This document shows, piece by piece, positions 1 to 9,500 of a stretch of 64,000 nucleotides of DNA (position 1 is its first letter; every line of letters starts with the position of its first letter). This DNA comes from a virus. The stretch lies in the UHGV virus genome UHGV-1332848; one strand, given 5' to 3'. Both the position numbers and the translations under genes were made by a program. The notes beneath the pieces were generated by a model. It was not told the DNA's origin, ran no database searches, and saw only the letters and a list, made by a program, of their open reading frames with translations.

Positions 1-184
1 TGCCAATTTCTCCAAGGGCAATTCGAAAATAACCTCTATTGCAATTTGCGTGAACGTACTTACCATTATCATTCCATATGTATTGATTAACATTTGGTGC
101 AACGCCCTCTGTATATGTTAAATCTCTAGTTATACAGTTTTGAAATTCTTCTTTTTTTACTAAACTAAAAACCCTAATATTCAT
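1..184 (-). CDS. Partial CDS, N-terminus only, continuing past the left edge; function unknown (possibly lysis or tail associated)
   Basis: ATG at 182-184 (minus) immediately after the stop of the upstream GDPD tail gene; N-terminus MNIRVFSLVKKEEFQNC... stays open to the window edge. Confidence 0.3.
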   Translation of the reverse strand, partial: MNIRVFSLVKKEEFQNCITRDLTYTEGVAPNVNQYIWNDNGKYVHANCNRGYFRIALGEIG

Positions 185-2137
185 TTAAAAATCACCACCT
201 TCTATTAAAAAATCAGTTGTCATTAAATCAACACCCAAATCCATTTGATCTCTAAATTGCATTATTGATGTGGCACTGTAAGATATTATTGCAACATTAT
301 TATTGTGGGCATACTTAATTAAATCTTCAGTTACATAATTGGTTGGAGTTGATATGAATGAGTTTCCTAAAACTATACAATTATCAATATTTGAGTTGCT
401 AATGTTTGCATTATAACCCAACATTATGTTTTTATCTTTATTTCTTATCTCACTCAATAATGTGTAGTTAAAGGATAAAAATACTACTTTATCTCTAACT
501 TTATATTTGTCTATAATAGCGAAAAGTTTATCGTAATTATATATAGTCCCTTTTAGTTCTAAAAATAAATATTTATTATATCTTTGAAGTATTTTTAATA
601 AATCTTCTATTTTGGGTATTCTTAAATCAGTATAATAGGAAGGATTGCCATCGCCCCCATCTATTTTTAGGCTACTTATATAATCATAATTTAAATTCTC
701 AACTCTACCAGTTCCATTAGTTGTTCTATCTAACGTATCGTCATGTATTATTACAAATTCGCCATCTCTCGTTTGATATATATCAACTTCAACCCCGAAC
801 ATCCCAATTTCAAAAGCCTTCTCTACTGCAAATGCTGTATTTTCTGGATATATATGACCTAATCCCCTATGTCCTATTAATTTAGATTTGGAATTTTTTA
901 TAATATTAAAAAAATCTTTTTTATTTTTTTCATTTATTATATTACCAATCTCAATAGTATTTTCATTGATTCTCTTATCAATATCATCAATCTTTTTAGT
1001 TAATTTTGTAGTTCCATCCTGCATAAATACTGCATCTGAATCAGTAACTGGATTTTCTAACAAACCATTCCCATCTTTTAATCTAACTTTTTTTGTATCA
1101 ACGCCTATACTATCACTAGCAAATTCTTCAACATTAGTTCCAAATAAAGCATTACCTTGATAATAACTAGCCGAAAGTACCACTTTTATATTTGGGTGTT
1201 CAGCACTATTCCTTATTAAAATATTGTTTTTATCAATTATCTTACAATCTGGGAACAACAATTCATCCAAAACACTATCATACATAACTACATGTAGTTC
1301 TTTACTATTCATATTATGTGTCCAAGTATATTCATTATTTACAAATTGAGATGCTCCAATAATTAAACTTTTATTTCCTGTTGCATTAATTTTATCTACA
1401 GAATCTTTTCCACTCGCAATTGTTTGTTGTAATACCAAGTTTGTCTGTGTTGCCGATTGATTTGTATTTGATAAGGTTGTGTTTGTATCCGTAGCACTGT
1501 CTATAGATTGGTCTAAATCTTTTTTCTTTTGTGTAGCGGTATTGTTTGCATCAACTAGACTAGGTAACAAAGTATTGCCTTCTTGTATATTTTCTTTCAA
1601 ATTTGTATTTAATGGTGTTCCTACCCTTATGTCTTCAAGCAAATTTTCATGTAATATAGTACCAGTTTCTATATCTTTCTCTAATCTTTTTAATATAGTT
1701 ACAGAATCTCCAAAGAGTTCCAAAGCTCTTAATCCCTCGTATCCTTTATCTATCAACTCTTGAAGTATTCTAACCACGTTATCTTTATTTTTATAGAATA
1801 TTCTATTGGTTGAAAGTAAAGTTACTCCTAATGAGTTGTATCTAAATTCCAGCGTTCTTCCCTTTAAATTAGGATGAAAATAAATTAGCCCATCTTTTGT
1901 TATATAATAATTATTTTCACTCTTATATACATCATCCAAGTTGTCGACTTCCATCATATTATCTCCATCAACTATTGTCACCCCTTGATATGTTTCTGGT
2001 GTACCAGTTAATTGTACGAGGTTTTTATCAGATGAAACTTGTTGTTGTTCCACCATTAATTTAGCATAAGGTCTATCGTTTTCATCTAAGAACCATCTGC
2101 TTATAATGGAGTTTTCATATCTATCCTCTATACTCAC
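185..2137 (-). CDS. Tail-associated protein with a C-terminal glycerophosphodiester phosphodiesterase (GDPD) domain
   Basis: 650 aa. C-terminal 230 aa carry GDPD motifs (HRGLGHIYPENT...EVDIYQTRDGEFVIIHDDTLDRTT). Last gene of the tail module. Confidence 0.6.
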   Translation of the reverse strand: MSIEDRYENSIISRWFLDENDRPYAKLMVEQQQVSSDKNLVQLTGTPETYQGVTIVDGDNMMEVDNLDDVYKSENNYYITKDGLIYFHPNLKGRTLEFRYNSLGVTLLSTNRIFYKNKDNVVRILQELIDKGYEGLRALELFGDSVTILKRLEKDIETGTILHENLLEDIRVGTPLNTNLKENIQEGNTLLPSLVDANNTATQKKKDLDQSIDSATDTNTTLSNTNQSATQTNLVLQQTIASGKDSVDKINATGNKSLIIGASQFVNNEYTWTHNMNSKELHVVMYDSVLDELLFPDCKIIDKNNILIRNSAEHPNIKVVLSASYYQGNALFGTNVEEFASDSIGVDTKKVRLKDGNGLLENPVTDSDAVFMQDGTTKLTKKIDDIDKRINENTIEIGNIINEKNKKDFFNIIKNSKSKLIGHRGLGHIYPENTAFAVEKAFEIGMFGVEVDIYQTRDGEFVIIHDDTLDRTTNGTGRVENLNYDYISSLKIDGGDGNPSYYTDLRIPKIEDLLKILQRYNKYLFLELKGTIYNYDKLFAIIDKYKVRDKVVFLSFNYTLLSEIRNKDKNIMLGYNANISNSNIDNCIVLGNSFISTPTNYVTEDLIKYAHNNNVAIISYSATSIMQFRDQMDLGVDLMTTDFLIEGGDF

Positions 2138-2236
2138 TTATCTCATCACTCCTAACACTTCTATATTTTTACATAAATAAAACAGCCATAATATTTTACA
2201 AATCCTTTACGATTCGCTTAATAAAATGACTGTTTT

Positions 2237-2470
2237 TTATCGTTCATTCTTTTCTAATTCTTCAATTATTTCTTGGAATGTGTTTATTTCGGTTTCTAAA
2301 TTCTTATTTAGGTTTTTTAAATTTTGATTCATTTCTCCTACTTCTTTTAAATCCTTTTTCATATCATTTATCTTTATCTCTCTATTTATCAAATAAACAC
2401 CAGCTATTAAAATGCAAACTACTATTAAAAAATTTCTTATAGTATCTATTTTGTTAATACTTTTTTTCAT
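2237..2470 (-). CDS. Small membrane protein (one TM segment plus coiled coil)
   Basis: 77 aa. Hydrophobic stretch FLIVVCILIAGVYLI followed by a charged coiled-coil tail. Lies between the two tail genes. Confidence 0.4.
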   Translation of the reverse strand: MKKSINKIDTIRNFLIVVCILIAGVYLINREIKINDMKKDLKEVGEMNQNLKNLNKNLETEINTFQEIIEELEKNER

Positions 2471-2540
2471 AATACTCTCCTCATATAACCTTTATACTAT
2501 TATAGTATGTCTTTTGGCTATTTATGTCAACTATTACTGA

Positions 2541-5500
2541 TTAAAAACCAACAAACATCTTTGAAAATACTGTTAATTGTAATCTTCCTAATGTAGAGCT
2601 TGTTATTTTAATTTTATTAGCTTTTCCTATTGTTAAATAATTCTTTATATCAATAGTTATATCAGAATTTATTCCACTTCTAACCAATACATCATTTACA
2701 TAAAGAGAACAATTTGAAGGTTTCGAACCCAGATATATACCCTGAACCAAAGTGTGATTATGTGTTGTGTCTATTGTTAATGAGTGCCTGTGATCTGGGA
2801 TAACCACACTATGTTCATGTAGTGGGATTTCTATTTGGATGTCATGCCAGTGCTTTAGAGTTTCCCTAAATATGTAATGATAATGCCTTCCATAATAGTC
2901 TAAATTCTCGCTTGGAGAATCTATTGCATATGGAGTAGTTGTTGCAATATCTCTATCTGAATTATATTGCAGGTTTTGCGTTGATCTAGTATCATAGTAA
3001 TACCCCCCCGCACCACTTGTACCAGTATAACCACCTCCACTGGATGACGTTTGGCTGACAGAAGCCCCCCCGGAATTTAATGATTTCACTGTCGCTCTAA
3101 ATTCTTTAAAAGCTAAAGATATTGTTGTTTTTCTAATTTCGTAAACTCCCTCATCCACTATATGCTCAAATTCTAAAGGATTACTTGAATCCAAATCATT
3201 TGAATATATATATTGGTTTGTTTGTATTATACCATTTTCATCCAAAACTACTGAACGTCCAGTCTTATCATATAAAGTTAACCCAGCTTTTCTATTGCCA
3301 TTACCATCATCAAATAATCCTAATTTAACTCTAACTCTTTTAAATTCATCATATATAGTTAATCCATCACCAGTTATCTCAAAAGCGCCCGTATCAGATG
3401 TAGCTATTAGTTTTTCCCCAAATATTATTTCGCCCCATAAATTTTCAGCGAAAATACCATCTGGACTAATAGCAGTCTTACTGCTTGCAAATCCATCTGT
3501 TGATATACATATAAGTCCACTTCCAATATATAAGCATTTATTCATATCACTTTGGTCATATAAATAAATTCCAGCTTCACTAATGTCTATAAAATTACTA
3601 ATTCCGCGACCCCTGGCAATATATGCAGATAAATCCAAGCCATTCTTCAATACCTCACCAACAAAGTTATTACTTAACATAGCATCATCTATTATTGGTC
3701 TTAAACTATTTAATAAATTATTTGATGAATTAGCTTTTTTCCCTAAATCTGCTAAACTTTTCGCAACATTATATCTATGTGTTTTATTAGTAAAAATTAG
3801 ATTGCTTATTGTATTTGTCTTAGGCTCATATTCATAACCAATAAACCTAACTATATCCTCACCTAACTCTTCCTTTAATTCAGGTTCATCAAACTTAAAT
3901 AGACTACCTAACTCCAATATGTAATTCCAGCCACGTTTATTTTGAATTACTTTACATAAATTAACACAATTAATATCAAAATCAAGTTGAGGTTTAATCA
4001 TTTCCTCCAAAACCTTTTTAGAAGCATTTAATAATGAAAAACTATTACTATAATAATCATCTTCATATACCCCAAATTGTTCTATATCATTTAATTCATC
4101 TAAATCATTATCAGTAAATATTTTACCCTGATTATCCACAACAACTTTTCTATCAATAGATGAGCTTATAGCCATTAACTCATTATTTAAGTTTTCTATA
4201 TTATGAGTATAGCTTAATCTTAAAGCTAAACATTGGTTCAATCTCGATTCTAGTCCATCAATTTCGCCCTTTATTCGAGCTTGGTTAGTTGTATCATTTT
4301 TAGACATATAATCTGCCAATATACTCTTTAAATCTTTTACCCTTAATTGTAGAGATTGCACTTCACTATCAATCCTTACTTGCTTTTGTTTCTCTGTTAT
4401 TACATTATTTTTTATTCCCAACCATTCCTGTTGTTTAGTGGTTAGTAGCGTTTCATATCTTTTTAAAGCTAACTGTAGTTCATCTGACATATTTCCAAGC
4501 CTTATATATTCACTATAATTTCTGACTATATCATCCCCATAAATATTTTCAGAAACAATGCTTAAACCATTTTTCCCCATAACTTTTAATCCAGTTACAT
4601 AGTCACTATTTTCAGTAACATTAATATCTATAATTGCATTATCATAAGTTAATATATACGGCTTCTCTTCTCCTAGGTTATCTCTATGTACTACGCTTAC
4701 TGTTTTATTATAACTATCAAATAAAAATACACTTTTAAAATTATCTTGTAAACTTCTTAACGCTTCATACCAATCCATATCAAGATTTTCTATATTTATA
4801 TATTTTACATTCTCAGTTTCTATAATATTACCCGTTTCCCAAGTCAGTCTTATGTTTTCACAACTAAAAGTTTTATTAATAATATTTGTAAAAACCGCTA
4901 TTCTTTCAACTCTAGTATTATCTGTTAAGGTGAATACATATTTAATGCCATATCTATTACCTACATCACTATGATGATAAGCTTGTACCTTCTTTATGTT
5001 AGTATATAATGCATCAGTTAAAGTATTATAAATAGTAGGAGTATCAATTAACAATTTACCATTATCATATGTCTTAAAATTACTATACTCAAAAGATATA
5101 TATAAAGGTCTATTTTCATCTATTGTAGTCGTTATATCTTTCTCAAATAACAATTCACCTTCCGTAACATTAGTTGGCTTGTTATAATTCTTAAACAAAT
5201 CTACATTAATCTTTTCAGTAGTAGACATTAGTTCGGTTCTTGATTTTGGATCTACATAATCTACGCCCCAACCAGTTTCTCTTGCAAATTTATCTAACAC
5301 TCCCTCAGCTATATGCACATCGTCTTTTTTTAACTGGATAACCTTGCCTTCAAAGCTAGTCCTTTTTTTCTTTAATGTATATTCAAACGACATAGCCTTA
5401 AAGGTTTTAGAGCCATTGTTCTTACTTATACTTTTACTCGGTTGTATTAATACAAATCTTTCTTTCTTTTCAATACCATCCACAACAGTAGTAACTATAA

Positions 5501-5735
5501 CATGTTGCATAGGCTTTATTTTCATGTACAATGGCGTTATCTTTTTCTTATCCTTGACTTGAATATACTTAGGAATATTTATTTCAAACTCAGTAATAGA
5601 TTCTAATTGTCTTTTTACATTTCCTATATAATCATTTGGTATATCATCTATTTTTTCATGTCTATTCCTATATAGCTCGGCTCTAAAGTCTTCGCCTGTA
5701 TTCTTTATATTAATCTGCCTAAATATTTCTCTCAC
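2541..5735 (-). CDS. Tail-associated lysin / tail endopeptidase-type minor structural protein (Tal-like)
   Basis: 1064 aa, immediately downstream of the Dit-like gene; Gly/Ser/Tyr-rich C-terminal stretch (SSSGGGYTGTSGAGGYYYD); position typical of siphovirus Tal. Confidence 0.5.
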   Translation of the reverse strand: MREIFRQINIKNTGEDFRAELYRNRHEKIDDIPNDYIGNVKRQLESITEFEINIPKYIQVKDKKKITPLYMKIKPMQHVIVTTVVDGIEKKERFVLIQPSKSISKNNGSKTFKAMSFEYTLKKKRTSFEGKVIQLKKDDVHIAEGVLDKFARETGWGVDYVDPKSRTELMSTTEKINVDLFKNYNKPTNVTEGELLFEKDITTTIDENRPLYISFEYSNFKTYDNGKLLIDTPTIYNTLTDALYTNIKKVQAYHHSDVGNRYGIKYVFTLTDNTRVERIAVFTNIINKTFSCENIRLTWETGNIIETENVKYINIENLDMDWYEALRSLQDNFKSVFLFDSYNKTVSVVHRDNLGEEKPYILTYDNAIIDINVTENSDYVTGLKVMGKNGLSIVSENIYGDDIVRNYSEYIRLGNMSDELQLALKRYETLLTTKQQEWLGIKNNVITEKQKQVRIDSEVQSLQLRVKDLKSILADYMSKNDTTNQARIKGEIDGLESRLNQCLALRLSYTHNIENLNNELMAISSSIDRKVVVDNQGKIFTDNDLDELNDIEQFGVYEDDYYSNSFSLLNASKKVLEEMIKPQLDFDINCVNLCKVIQNKRGWNYILELGSLFKFDEPELKEELGEDIVRFIGYEYEPKTNTISNLIFTNKTHRYNVAKSLADLGKKANSSNNLLNSLRPIIDDAMLSNNFVGEVLKNGLDLSAYIARGRGISNFIDISEAGIYLYDQSDMNKCLYIGSGLICISTDGFASSKTAISPDGIFAENLWGEIIFGEKLIATSDTGAFEITGDGLTIYDEFKRVRVKLGLFDDGNGNRKAGLTLYDKTGRSVVLDENGIIQTNQYIYSNDLDSSNPLEFEHIVDEGVYEIRKTTISLAFKEFRATVKSLNSGGASVSQTSSSGGGYTGTSGAGGYYYDTRSTQNLQYNSDRDIATTTPYAIDSPSENLDYYGRHYHYIFRETLKHWHDIQIEIPLHEHSVVIPDHRHSLTIDTTHNHTLVQGIYLGSKPSNCSLYVNDVLVRSGINSDITIDIKNYLTIGKANKIKITSSTLGRLQLTVFSKMFVGF

Positions 5736-6536
5736 CTACCTTAATGCCACTGGCAATTGATACTCTACTTTCAATCTACAATCACCTATTATTTTAATTC
5801 TATTAACTCCATAATCAATATAAGGGAAACTATTGTATTCTAAACTCTTAAACATATTTTTAGTTGGCATAGTCAATGACTCTACTTCAAGAACACCATC
5901 GCCAAGAATTCTCACCACCTCACCAACTTCCATATCTTTGACCTTAAATTTCCTTCCATTTTTAAGATTTAAAATTTCTACACTCCCTACATTTTTATGC
6001 TTTTCTATATGAATATCCAAATAAACTTTGTCATTTAGATTAGATTTATTTTCTAATTCAATTATTTTTTCACCGACTACTTTTATATTGGAAGTCATAA
6101 TTGGTGTATAAGCATAAGGGCATATACTCTCAAATTCTAATTTAATTATTCCTTGTCTATGAGGATTATGGAATTCAGTTGCAGATACAAATTTACCATA
6201 ATGAATTAACCCATCAACCTCTAGTTTGCCAACACCTTTAATCATTAGCCAACCAATTATTCTATCATATTCTTTTTTACTCATTGGCAACACATCATTC
6301 CAACTATTTAGCCTCATTATCTCAACTGGGAAACTATAAGTATTATTCTTTTCATCTATGTATAGTTTTTTATCACCTATTCCATCTTGAGTTTGTACTG
6401 TTTTATTAACACCAAAAATTCTTTCAGTGTTATTACTATCTGTTGTAACTATTGATATTCCAAACATATCTGAACTAACGCCATTAAACCTAAAGTAAGA
6501 ACTATCTATAAATTGTGCCATTATTATCACCTCCAC
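5736..6536 (-). CDS. Distal tail protein (Dit-like)
   Basis: 266 aa, directly after the tape measure gene, start/stop adjacent to the Tal gene; conserved synteny. Confidence 0.45.
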   Translation of the reverse strand: MEVIIMAQFIDSSYFRFNGVSSDMFGISIVTTDSNNTERIFGVNKTVQTQDGIGDKKLYIDEKNNTYSFPVEIMRLNSWNDVLPMSKKEYDRIIGWLMIKGVGKLEVDGLIHYGKFVSATEFHNPHRQGIIKLEFESICPYAYTPIMTSNIKVVGEKIIELENKSNLNDKVYLDIHIEKHKNVGSVEILNLKNGRKFKVKDMEVGEVVRILGDGVLEVESLTMPTKNMFKSLEYNSFPYIDYGVNRIKIIGDCRLKVEYQLPVALR

Positions 6537-6568
6537 ATATAAAATAAGGAGGGTATAAACCCCTCCAA

Positions 6569-9500
6569 TTATCTAGTACCAGCTAATTCACCTATTTCTC
6601 TCATTGTTTCATATTTTGCCTCCTTAATCATCTTTTCCACTTTCGGCAATACATCTTCATTCATATTCCCTTTAACAATTAATTTATATTCTAAGTTAAT
6701 ATCACCAATTTGTTGTTTAGAGTTTGCATTACTCATATTTCTATTTACATTTGAATTTAAATTCAAGTCAACCGTACTAATGCCTTTCAACTCAGTTATG
6801 AATTTATCTAGGTTTCCTAGCCAATCATTTTGAATTATATCTCCAACATTTGTAAATGTAGATGTAATACTTTTGTTTGCATTACCTACGCTATCTAATA
6901 CTGAGGATAAATCTCTAACACCATTCTGAACCATTTTAAGAATTTCTTCGTCTGTTAATTTACTATTAATTTCATCAATTTTATTTTGAGCATTCTCTTC
7001 TATCCTTTCAAGTTCTTCATCGTATCTTTCATTAGCCTTATCTCTTTCATTATCTCTAATGAAGCTATTTATATCTTGCTGTGCCGATTCAATTTGCTTT
7101 TTAATATTAGCTATTAATTCCCCATCCGCCATTCTCATGGCATCTTGAAGTTGAGATTCTAGATCAATTAAACTATCTTGACGCTTCTTTAACTCGTCTC
7201 TATAATCATCTTCGTCCCATTCTTTATTTCTTAAATCTTTCCTTTTTTGAATAGCTTTTTTTAATGCATCAGTTTCTTTGTTAATGTTTTCTATATATGA
7301 ATCTTTTTGCTTTTTAATTAACTCTACTATTTCTTTTTGTGTATCTATTGTAGTATTTTTTAAGTCTAATATAGCATTGCTAACTTCTGGTATTTGATTA
7401 AGTAAAAGGTCATTATATCTTTCTAAACTTTCAGCAATAGCTTTGGCATTCTTTTGTGCATTTTCTCTGGCATCTCCGCTTAAACTATTAGCCCAGTTAG
7501 TAAGAGCGTCAAGCCTGCTATTAGCATTTGTTATCCTGCCACTACCATCAGCATTGAATCCATTGGCAACTAACGAATTCTTTAATTCAGATAATTCCTT
7601 CTCTTGTTCTTTATTTTTATTTTTATATGCCATTTCTTGTTTTTTAATTAATTCTAATTCTTTCTCTAAGTATTTTAATTTTTCTTCATCTGAAGTGTTT
7701 TCCATTAAAATTTTATTTCTATCTAATTCATTGTCTAATTCCTTTAATGCATTATTTACATCCCTATATCTATCAGATAACTTCTCCATGTTGGCAATTT
7801 CTTTTTCAGCCTTATCTTTAGAACCCTTATCCCCTATTAATGAGCTTCCTCGTCCAAACGTTGGCGAAGAAGTGTTAAAACTGGCGTAAAATTCATTAAA
7901 AGCAGTATCTATTTTTGCCTTTTCAGTTTGTATAGTTTTTATTTGTTGTAGTGCTTTGGTTGCAAATTTTTCATTATTAAGTGCATCTATAGACGTTGCA
8001 GATTCAACAGACTTTTCAGCAAAACTGTTTAACCTACTTTCAGCCTTACTTATCTGTTCGTCTAGTTTTGCAAGAATTTTACTCTTCATTTCAGCCCAGC
8101 TACGTGCATTAGCTAAGTCATCTCTGTAAGTTTTCGCACTTCCCCCAAGTAAATTTGCTAGAAAATCAGATAAAGGTTCAGATAGTTTCGTAATAAACCC
8201 AGCTTTTGCTTCGTTTAAAGTAGCAAAATTATCTAAATCAAAATCATAACTTTCACTATTTACGTCCACAAATTGACTAGCAAATTTATCAAATGCATTT
8301 TGAGCCTCAGAGCTATTTTTAATTTTTTCAGCATAGTATTTTTGATCATTACCTATCATTACTTGATATGCTTCTTGTTGTATTGCCACTTGATCTTGAA
8401 TCTTGTTATTTAAATACTCTTGAACAGCGTTAATATCTGTAATATTCCCACCTAAATCAGAATAGTTTTTAGCAAGTTCAGCTACTATATCAGGTGTGAG
8501 TTGTTGCTCCTTATTTATCTTCTGTAGTAACGTGTCAAGTTTTTCCACTTCTTCAACTGCTTTACCATAGTTTTGAGTTGCTTGTTCTATTGATACTTCA
8601 GCAAATCCACCAACTTCGGCATCAACATTGTCTTGTTTTGCCTTAGTATTTTCTTTTGTTGCTTCTGTTGCTTTATTTACAGAATTTATATAATTATTAA
8701 CAGCACTCGTGTCGAATCCCATTTGAGTTAATTGAGAAGATTTATATCCATTATCTAACAACCATTTTATATGAACTTGAGCTTGCGATGCTTTTAAGGT
8801 TGTATCCTGTATTTCCTGATTGAGCTTGTCTAAATCAGATTGTGTTACTTTTTGAGAATATGTACCAGTTGTAGTTTTACCTCTTTCAGTGTAAGATACC
8901 TGCTTTGTGTATTCTTCTCCTTTTATCATAGCAAGTTTCATTTCTTCATATTGCTTTTTCTTCTGTTCCAAAGCATTTAGTTCATTAGTCAATCCTCTGT
9001 TCGTTTCTATAAACCCTAAAGCTTCAATTTCCATTTGTTCTTTTTTTAATCTGATCTGTTCCTCAATTAACCCATTGTTTTGACTTATTGCATCTCCCTG
9101 TAAGCTAAAACCACTAGCTGACTCAGGGAGTACACTTGCCAGTTGTTTTTCTATCTCAACTAGTTGAGATTCCAAATCTTTTCTTTGACTTAAATTTGAA
9201 GTATTTGTTATTTGTTGTTCTAGCTTTGTTTTTTCATCAAGTAATTTTTGTGCTTGGGTTATAGCTTTACCACTATCTGTAATAAAAGCAGTGGATTCAG
9301 CATTCATTTCTTTCATCTCTTCTTTTGTTACTATTAATTTGTCTATAAGTTTAGTTACGCCAGTTATTATTCCAGTTATAGCAAAACTCAATCCTAAAGT
9401 CATAGTTGCTGTAGCCAAAGCAGATGCGACTTCAACAGCTTTAAAACTAACAGCTAACGCTGTATTTTTTGCACTTAAAACACTTGCTTTAGCACTAGCA

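Noticed and set aside
888-1763. Plus-strand track ORFs 888..1160 and 1479..1763 inside the minus-strand GDPD tail gene
   Set aside because: They are low-complexity, Phe/Ser/Ile-rich shadow ORFs antisense to a well-supported long gene and have no RBS.
3295-5562. Plus-strand track ORFs 3295..3567, 3583..3837 and 5344..5562 antisense to the tail-associated gene
   Set aside because: They are antisense shadows in AT-rich DNA with no RBS or upstream motif.
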